DNA of 64,000 bases from Candidatus Dojkabacteria bacterium HGW-Dojkabacteria-1. Its GTDB lineage: Bacteria > Patescibacteriota > Dojkabacteria > SC72. The position numbers and the translations under genes were made by a program. Every line of letters begins with the position of its first letter. The stretch's first letter is position 1. The DNA is taken from NCBI GenBank assembly GCA_002840365.1, contig PHAO01000001.1, forward strand, positions 303,514 to 367,513. The letters run 5' to 3'. This document shows positions 57,919 through 64,000 of this stretch, piece by piece. The notes under the pieces are model-generated. The model was not told where the DNA came from, made no database searches, and was given only the letters and a program-made list of their open reading frames with translations.

Positions 57919-58004
57919 TGCCGAAGACAGGAGTTGAACCTGCACTGGGAATTATCCCAACATGCTCCTAAGGCATGTGCGTCTGCCAGTTTCGCCACTT
58001 CGGC
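57919..58004 (-). tRNA. tRNA-Leu(TAG), CCA not encoded
   Basis: Acceptor GCCGAAG/CTTCGGC; anticodon arm CATGC-CT-TAG-GA-GCATG; long variable arm. Confidence 0.96.
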
Positions 58005-58048
58005 ACAACAGGCATATTTTACTAAAGAAAGGATATTTTTTCAAAAGA

Positions 58049-58345
58049 TTAACTTTCTTCTATAGCTCCAAATATTTTCCCATACACCTTAACACAACCC
58101 TTCTCAGTATACTTTGCATTTGAGAGGACATCCTTCTGTGTTAATGATTCTTCTACAATATCATCTCTTAAATCATCAAAGGGAAGATGTTTTTTCATTG
58201 GTTGAACATTAGAAGTATCTACCTCTTGTAATTGATTGGCAGATTCTAATATTGTTTGCATTTGAGGTGTAAATTTCTCTAACTCTTCATCAGAGAGTTT
58301 AATTCTAGATAGTTCTGATATATGTTTTAATGTTTTTTTATCCAT
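58049..58345 (-). CDS. gatC: Asp/Glu-tRNA amidotransferase subunit C
   Basis: HISELSRIKLSDEE, LQEVDTSNVQP, LRDD. Confidence 0.9.
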   Translation of the reverse strand: MDKKTLKHISELSRIKLSDEELEKFTPQMQTILESANQLQEVDTSNVQPMKKHLPFDDLRDDIVEESLTQKDVLSNAKYTEKGCVKVYGKIFGAIEES

Positions 58346-59855
58346 TTAACTTTTCCATTAAAATTGATCTTGCACTATTTGGGTCTGCAGTTCCTTTTGA
58401 TTTCTGCATTACTTGACCAACTAGAAAGCCTAAAGATGCTTGTTTACCTGACTTAAAATCCTCCACAGCTTTGCTGTTTTCCTTTATTACTTCTTCGACA
58501 ATTGAAGAGAGATTACCTGTTGTATTTCTAGCTTCTGTTTTAGCTTTTGTAATTAAGTCTCCCAAATCTATCTTCTTTTCAATCGATTCTCTTAATAGCT
58601 CTTCTGCCTTACTTCTTGTAAGTATTTTCTCTTCAAACTCTAGTATTAATTTTGCCAAATCTTCCTTCTGGATATTCTCCTCTGTTATATCTAGATTATT
58701 GTCATTAGCGATAGAGAAGACAGCACCAGTTAACCAATTCGCACATGCTTTTGCAGCTTTTTTTGTATCTATATCTTTTGAAACAAGAGAGAGTACAGCT
58801 TCATAGTATATTGATATATCTCTGTCAGAAGTTAAAACATTAGCATCATATTCAGAAAGCTCATAATCATTTATGTATCTATCTCTTTTTTCATCGGGTA
58901 ATTCGATAATTTCTTTAGAGATTCTTTCAATATCCTTTTCTGTTACTTCAATAACAGGAATATCAGGTTCTGGCATATATCTATAGTCATCTGCTGTTTC
59001 TTTCGATCTTTGGAATACTGTAATTGATTTGTTTGCATCCCATCCTCTTGTCTGCTGCTTAATTTCTTTCCCTTCTTCAATTTCTTTTATTAATCTCTCT
59101 ACTTCGTATGTAATAGATTTCTCTACGGCAGAGATTGATCCAATATTTTTTATCTCAACTTTTGGATTAAGCATATAATTACCAATAGGTAATATCTTAC
59201 CGTCTTTGTATTCCCATTTTCCTTTCTCCTGCACTGAGATATTTGGCTCACATCTCATTTGGCCTTTTTCCATATCTGCATCTGATATGCCCAAATATCT
59301 AGCAATTTGCCTTATTTTTGTTGCTAATTCCTTTGCCTGATATGCACTTCTAATATTAGGTTTAGTTACTAATTCAATTAAAGGCATTCCTGATTTGTTG
59401 TAATCAATCAAAGAATATTCTAATCCACTATTTATTTCAGTGTGGTGAGTTGATTTTGCAACATCTTCTTCCTGGTGTATTCTCTCAATCTCTATTTTGT
59501 ATTTTTTACCATCTTCATCCCTTATCTCAATGTATCCATCAGAGCAGATTGCTCTTTTGTACTGACTAATCTGATACCCTTTGGGTAAATCTGGATAGAA
59601 GTAATGTTTTCTGTCGAAATGAATTTCATTTTCGATATCACAATTGGTTGCTAATCCAAGTAAAATACAAAGTTCAATAGCTCTTTTATTTGGTACAGGT
59701 AGTGCTCCAGGCAATCCTAAACATACTGGGCAAACTTGAGTATTTGGTTCTTTATGAAAATATTTAGTTGAACAACTACAGAACATTTTACTCTCTGTCT
59801 TTGTCTGTATGTGTATTTCTAATCCAATTATTACATCGTATTTTGATGATTCCAC
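58338..59855 (-). CDS. gatB: Asp/Glu-tRNA amidotransferase subunit B
   Basis: IGLEIHIQ, CPVCLGLPG, YFYPDLPKGYQISQ, DYRYMPEPD, GQVMQKSKG. Confidence 0.97.
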   Translation of the reverse strand: MESSKYDVIIGLEIHIQTKTESKMFCSCSTKYFHKEPNTQVCPVCLGLPGALPVPNKRAIELCILLGLATNCDIENEIHFDRKHYFYPDLPKGYQISQYKRAICSDGYIEIRDEDGKKYKIEIERIHQEEDVAKSTHHTEINSGLEYSLIDYNKSGMPLIELVTKPNIRSAYQAKELATKIRQIARYLGISDADMEKGQMRCEPNISVQEKGKWEYKDGKILPIGNYMLNPKVEIKNIGSISAVEKSITYEVERLIKEIEEGKEIKQQTRGWDANKSITVFQRSKETADDYRYMPEPDIPVIEVTEKDIERISKEIIELPDEKRDRYINDYELSEYDANVLTSDRDISIYYEAVLSLVSKDIDTKKAAKACANWLTGAVFSIANDNNLDITEENIQKEDLAKLILEFEEKILTRSKAEELLRESIEKKIDLGDLITKAKTEARNTTGNLSSIVEEVIKENSKAVEDFKSGKQASLGFLVGQVMQKSKGTADPNSARSILMEKLNG

Positions 59856-59871
59856 TAGTATTGTTGTTTAA

Positions 59872-60969
59872 TTAAAGAAATATTTTGATATCACTATCTT
59901 CACTAGATATATTATCACTTTCATCTGGAATGATGTAGTAGGTTCCTCTACCTCGACCTTTTGTTTCAATATATTTTTTCTCCATTAGTTCTTGTAGGTC
60001 CCTGTATGAAGTCATAAAGGAAACGCCCATCATTTTTGTATATTCATGTCTTGTTATCTTAGCGTTGTTGTAAAGATATTCGACTATTTTTCTCTGTCTT
60101 GGATTTAAATCTTTTCCAATTCTTCTATTAATTTTAACCTTCTCTTCATATGTTTGTGAAAATTCTTTTGAAAGTTCAATAGTAGTTAAAGAGAGAGTAT
60201 ACAGTACTGCTTCTATGAAGATTGTTAAATCTCTTTTACCTTTTGATATTCTGAAAGCTGATTCTATATCTTCACTAATCAAATACATTGCTTTGGAGTA
60301 AGGTATAAGGTTGTGGGGATTTAATCCATATATTTTTGCTAATGCTTTAACTGTTAAGATAGAGGTAATTTGGTTTCCTGCAAAGAATGGAGCCTTATCA
60401 ATATATTCGTACAAGAGTATTGAAAGTTGTATTAGTTTATGAATTCCTGCTTCTGAGCTTGCAATCCATGTAAAAATATCATTGAAATGATCTTTCATAT
60501 CAATATTAGGATAGTAATCTCTTAACTTGTACCAGTTGTCATACAAATCATATGGTTTTTCAGAAAATGTTTTTATCCTGGCTAAATCCCAATCTTCAAC
60601 AATATTTTTCATAAGTATTTTGTTTAAGTGAGTCGATAGCTCAATAGATGGCTTAAGTGCACTTTTAATAGTGTATGTATCAAGAAAGTCTTGAGCATTT
60701 TTAAAGTTAGTAAAAATTCTTAGTTTGTTTCTGTATGAGGGTAATACCTGTCCTCTTTCTACGGTTAGAGCTTTGTTGTAACCGATTGAATATGAAATTA
60801 ATTCTCCCAGTTTATCTATTTCATCTGTACGATATTTTTCCTTCACTTGTAAAAGGGTAGATGAAGGCATGGGAGTATTTTTTATTTTATCTATACTAAG
60901 CTCATATTTAACAATATAGCTGAGTATTAGATTTGTTATTGTATATTTTGGTATATTCATATATTTCAA
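59872..60969 (-). CDS. degenerate Fic-domain protein with a C-terminal winged HTH
   Basis: APFFAGNQITS at the Fic motif position; LNPRQ...TSYRDLQEL...GRGRGTYY wHTH. Confidence 0.78.
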   Translation of the reverse strand: MKYMNIPKYTITNLILSYIVKYELSIDKIKNTPMPSSTLLQVKEKYRTDEIDKLGELISYSIGYNKALTVERGQVLPSYRNKLRIFTNFKNAQDFLDTYTIKSALKPSIELSTHLNKILMKNIVEDWDLARIKTFSEKPYDLYDNWYKLRDYYPNIDMKDHFNDIFTWIASSEAGIHKLIQLSILLYEYIDKAPFFAGNQITSILTVKALAKIYGLNPHNLIPYSKAMYLISEDIESAFRISKGKRDLTIFIEAVLYTLSLTTIELSKEFSQTYEEKVKINRRIGKDLNPRQRKIVEYLYNNAKITRHEYTKMMGVSFMTSYRDLQELMEKKYIETKGRGRGTYYIIPDESDNISSEDSDIKIFL

Positions 60970-60970
60970 A

Positions 60971-61043
60971 AGCTGATGGAAGGGTTCGAACCTTCGACCT
61001 GTCCCTTACGAAGGGAATGCTCTACCAGCTGAGCTACATCAGC
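60971..61043 (-). tRNA. tRNA-Thr(CGT), CCA not encoded
   Basis: Acceptor GCTGATG/CATCAGC; anticodon arm TCCC-TT-CGT-AA-GGGA. Confidence 0.95.
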
Positions 61044-61090
61044 AATGCGTAACGCAATTGTAACAGAGAAAATATTGGGAATCAAGAAAA

Positions 61091-61164
61091 AGCGAGAGAC
61101 GGGATTCGAACCCGCGACCTTCTCCTTGGGAAGGAGACATTCTAGCCAACTGAACTACTCTCGC
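61091..61164 (-). tRNA. tRNA-Gly(CCC), CCA not encoded
   Basis: Acceptor GCGAGAG/CTCTCGC; anticodon arm TCTCC-TT-CCC-AA-GGAGA. Confidence 0.96.
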
Positions 61165-61207
61165 AACTTTCAGATTGTATATCTAAAAGCTTTTTAATTC
61201 AATATAT

Positions 61208-61567
61208 TTAAACAACAGCTTCTTTAATTTCTTTCCAATCATCATTTAGCTTAACACCTATCTCTTTGGCTACTTCGCTGGTTACTTCTCCATCTTTCTT
61301 CACTTCATTTACTACTTTTTCAACTAACTTCTTATATCCATCCCAATCAATATTTTGACCTGCCTCTTTTAAATCAGCAACCTTCTTTGCTAGTTGTCTC
61401 TTTGCCTTTCTGTAATATTTCTCAGCCTTATCACCTGTTTCCTCTGCAAATCTTTTAATATCTGCTCTTGTTTCTGCACCGGATTTAGGTGCAAGTAAAA
61501 TACCAGCAGTAACTCCAACTACTGTCCCAAAGATTAGACCTTTGAAAAAATCATCTGATGAACTCAT
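61208..61567 (-). CDS. YtxH domain protein
   Basis: GLIFGTVVGVTAGILLAPKSGAETR. Confidence 0.9.
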   Translation of the reverse strand: MSSSDDFFKGLIFGTVVGVTAGILLAPKSGAETRADIKRFAEETGDKAEKYYRKAKRQLAKKVADLKEAGQNIDWDGYKKLVEKVVNEVKKDGEVTSEVAKEIGVKLNDDWKEIKEAVV

Positions 61568-61624
61568 GGTAAAAAAGATAACAAATTAATATATTTATAT
61601 GGTACATGAGATATACCATTAAAT

Positions 61625-61873
61625 CTAGAGATTAAATCTTTTTATTAGGTTATACCCCAAAGAAAGAAACAACCCTATACCTATTAAAGACAATATTATC
61701 AATACTGGTGAGACTGAAGGTTGTGTTACTACTGGTATATCTGCATCTACTTCTTCTGTAGTTCTTTCTTCAATTTCTACAAATTGATCAGAGTCCTCAA
61801 TCTGGGCATATGATTGGGAGAGCGGAAAAGAAAAAAGAAAAAATATTGTAATTGCTATCATAAAGATTCTCAT
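61625..61873 (-). CDS. small hypothetical protein (signal peptide plus C-terminal TM)
   Basis: Likely start MRIF at 61873, 6 nt after TATGAT. Confidence 0.65.
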   Translation of the reverse strand: MRIFMIAITIFFLFSFPLSQSYAQIEDSDQFVEIEERTTEEVDADIPVVTQPSVSPVLIILSLIGIGLFLSLGYNLIKRFNL

Positions 61874-61910
61874 TGTAATATCATATATCATATTTTTAGA
61901 TATATGTAGT

Positions 61911-62549
61911 ATGGTATTTCCAGATATTGAATTAGAAAAGAAACTTTGGAAGAAAGGTTTTAAATATGTAATAGGGATAGATGAAGCAGGAAGAGGACCT
62001 CTTGCAGGACCAGTTTGTGCAGGAGCTGTATTAATTAATGCAAATACTCAATTGCATCCTTTTGTAAGAGATAGTAAAAAGATGACTGAGAAAAGGAGAG
62101 AGGAAGTTTTTGAATATATTAAAGAGAATAGTTTGGCATATGGGATTGCAATGATAGATTCTGTTGTAATTGATGAGCTTGGTATACAAGAAGCCGTAAA
62201 GATGGCTATGGAAGAAGCTTTAAGGCAGATAGAGGAAAGGATTCAAAGTAGGGCAGATTACCTAATTGTTGATGGTACTAATGTAAGTACTATTTCCGGA
62301 TATCATATGGAAAAGATTAAAGCAGGAGACTTAAAACATTACTCTATTTCTGCAGCGTCAATCTTAGCTAAGGTTACAAGAGATAGGTATATGAAAGAAA
62401 TAGCGAAGGAATTTCCAGTATATTGTTTTGAAAAGCATGTAGGATATGGTACTAAACTACATATGGAAAATTTAATTAAGTATGGTCCTTGTAGTCTTCA
62501 TAGGAAGTCTTTTGCTCCTGTAAAGAAACTAATAGAAGAAAGCTTGTAA
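61911..62549 (+). CDS. rnhB: ribonuclease HII
   Basis: GIDEAGRGPLAGPV, DSKK, AASILAKVTRD, HVGYGT. Confidence 0.97.
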   Translation: MVFPDIELEKKLWKKGFKYVIGIDEAGRGPLAGPVCAGAVLINANTQLHPFVRDSKKMTEKRREEVFEYIKENSLAYGIAMIDSVVIDELGIQEAVKMAMEEALRQIEERIQSRADYLIVDGTNVSTISGYHMEKIKAGDLKHYSISAASILAKVTRDRYMKEIAKEFPVYCFEKHVGYGTKLHMENLIKYGPCSLHRKSFAPVKKLIEESL

Positions 62550-62585
62550 AAATGAGTGTTAAAGGGTTATAATCATATTCGTTAC

Positions 62586-62662
62586 GGGCCGCTAGCTCAT
62601 CAGGTTAGAGCAACTGCCTTTTAAGCAGTAGGTGCTGAGTTCGAGTCTCAGGCGGCTCACCA
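62586..62662 (+). tRNA. tRNA-Lys(TTT)
   Basis: Acceptor GGGCCGC/GCGGCTC plus ACCA; anticodon arm ACTGC-CT-TTT-AA-GCAGT. Confidence 0.96.
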
Positions 62663-62703
62663 TAGAATTTCCCTCAATACAAAAATTTTATCAAGAGAAT
62701 CAA

Positions 62704-63060
62704 ATGAAAGAAGCTAATCATAGGATTTTTACAATGAGCTTTTCTACGGTATATCCTCATTACATAGCCAAAGTAGAAAGAAAAGGAAGATTAAAATCTG
62801 AAGTAGATGAGATAATTCGTTGGTTAACAGGGTATACCCAACAACAACTAGAAATTGAAATAGAAAAGAATACTGACTTTGAAACATTTTTTAAAAAAGC
62901 ATCAAAATTAAATCCTAAACGAAATTTAATAAAGGGGATTATATGTGGTATTAGAATTGAAGAAATAGAAGACCCTCTTATGAGAGAAATTCGCTACCTT
63001 GATAAATTAATTGATGAGTTAGCTAAAGGGAAATCAATGGAGAAAATTTTAAGGAAGTAG
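62704..63060 (+). CDS. DUF2200 family protein
   Basis: [36 protein letters not shown]; start corrected to MKEANH. Confidence 0.88.
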   Translation: MKEANHRIFTMSFSTVYPHYIAKVERKGRLKSEVDEIIRWLTGYTQQQLEIEIEKNTDFETFFKKASKLNPKRNLIKGIICGIRIEEIEDPLMREIRYLDKLIDELAKGKSMEKILRK

Positions 63061-63115
63061 TTATTGTATATTTATATTTGATATTATTTATTAATAACCT
63101 TATTACCAATGGCAT

Positions 63116-63640
63116 ATGTTACTTTGGATAATTATTGCTAATATTTTTTTAGCAAATCTCTTTGGAGTTATTTTTCACTACACACACAAACGAAAAACAC
63201 GAAGCCTACTTCTTCATGTTTTCTCTTCCGTTAATGAAAGTACTTGGGAACATCTAAAATTAGCGTTTACCCCAATGCTTTTTCTTACCTTTTTAAATTA
63301 TTTTCTTTTAAGAAATACTTATCCAAATGTTATTGAAAGCAATTTGTATGGATTGTTAATGGTAATACTGCTTATTCCTCTTCTTTACTATCCTATTCGA
63401 TTTTTTCTCAAAAGAGAGGTTGTTTTTGTAAGTATAGGTATTTTCATTTTATCTGTTATCCTTGGATATATTGGAGTATATAATATGTTACTAAAGGAAA
63501 TCTCATTAATAGGAGAAACAATATCTTTTACTTTGTTAGTATTAATATTTTTTCTTTTTGGAATATTTACCTTCTTTCCTCCTAAAATATTTCTTTTTAA
63601 AGATCCTGTTTCTGGTAAGTATGGTCATATTAGGGGGTAG
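63116..63640 (+). CDS. membrane protein (DUF6512-like)
   Basis: VNESTWEHLKL, FPPKIFLFKDP; multi-TM. Confidence 0.75.
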   Translation: MLLWIIIANIFLANLFGVIFHYTHKRKTRSLLLHVFSSVNESTWEHLKLAFTPMLFLTFLNYFLLRNTYPNVIESNLYGLLMVILLIPLLYYPIRFFLKREVVFVSIGIFILSVILGYIGVYNMLLKEISLIGETISFTLLVLIFFLFGIFTFFPPKIFLFKDPVSGKYGHIRG

Positions 63641-63694
63641 AAAATTCTTAAATATTTAGGTATACTCAACTATTAGATTTACTCTGTTAGTTTA

Positions 63695-64000
63695 ATGATA
63701 AAGAACTTAGTATTGATAATTAGTATTATACTGTTATCAGTAGTATTGATTCTTTTTTCATATCTTCTTAAAGAACCAGATTTGTGTTGTAAGTACGAAG
63801 TATGTACTAAGTTCACCAATATCTGTGAAAACTCTAAATCAGTTTTACAATTAAAAACGCAAGAAGGAGTTAGAATATATCTTGAGAATGTTAAACATGG
63901 AGATGAAATTGAATTAGGGTATGTAATTAGGGGTAGTGTAACAGGTAGCTGGTATTTTGAGGGAGAGTTTCCTGTAAGGGTTTTAAATGAAGAGATGGAA
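63695..64000 (+). CDS. membrane-anchored Gmad2 Ig-like domain protein (3'-truncated by window)
   Basis: Open frame from ATG 63695 to the window end; TM segment, then GSWYFEGEFPVRVL. Confidence 0.75.
   Translation, partial: MIKNLVLIISIILLSVVLILFSYLLKEPDLCCKYEVCTKFTNICENSKSVLQLKTQEGVRIYLENVKHGDEIELGYVIRGSVTGSWYFEGEFPVRVLNEEME

Noticed and set aside
57313-57998. ORFs 57313-57609 and 57515-57706, and the extended start at 57998
   Set aside because: They overlap tRNA-Glu or tRNA-Leu, or are antisense to lepB
1-64000. CRISPR array, prophage, IS elements, alternative genetic code
   Set aside because: No repeat-spacer arrays, transposases or phage genes were seen; ORFs are intact under code 11 and RF2 is present

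Overview
AT-rich, gene-dense bacterial chromosome segment using translation table 11 (RF2 is present and TGA is used as a stop). The compact housekeeping set, short archaeal-type AspRS, type-2 IleRS, Trm11-like gene inside rplU-rpmA, many leaderless-looking starts and superoxide reductase suggest an anaerobic Patescibacteria/CPR organism, possibly Dojkabacteria (inference). Content: recA-recX-recJ; aspS, gltX and ileS; gatB-gatC; nine tRNAs; a CsoR-regulated copper cluster; an ABC-2 transporter with PspC/LiaF-like genes; ftsEX with an M23 protein; ftsQAZ-SEDS; parAB; rplU/rpmA; and surface/glycosylation genes. I saw no mobile elements or CRISPR. The most notable signals are non-coding: (1) an unidentified ~330-nt, highly structured RNA with its own consensus sigma70 promoter (33829-34160); (2) two unusual T-box riboswitches, an actinobacterial-like ultrashort-Stem-I ileS T-box with a transcription terminator and an extremely compact aspS T-box. 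Also notable are a circularly permuted M23 domain and two genes split by single-base frameshifts at or next to homopolymer runs.
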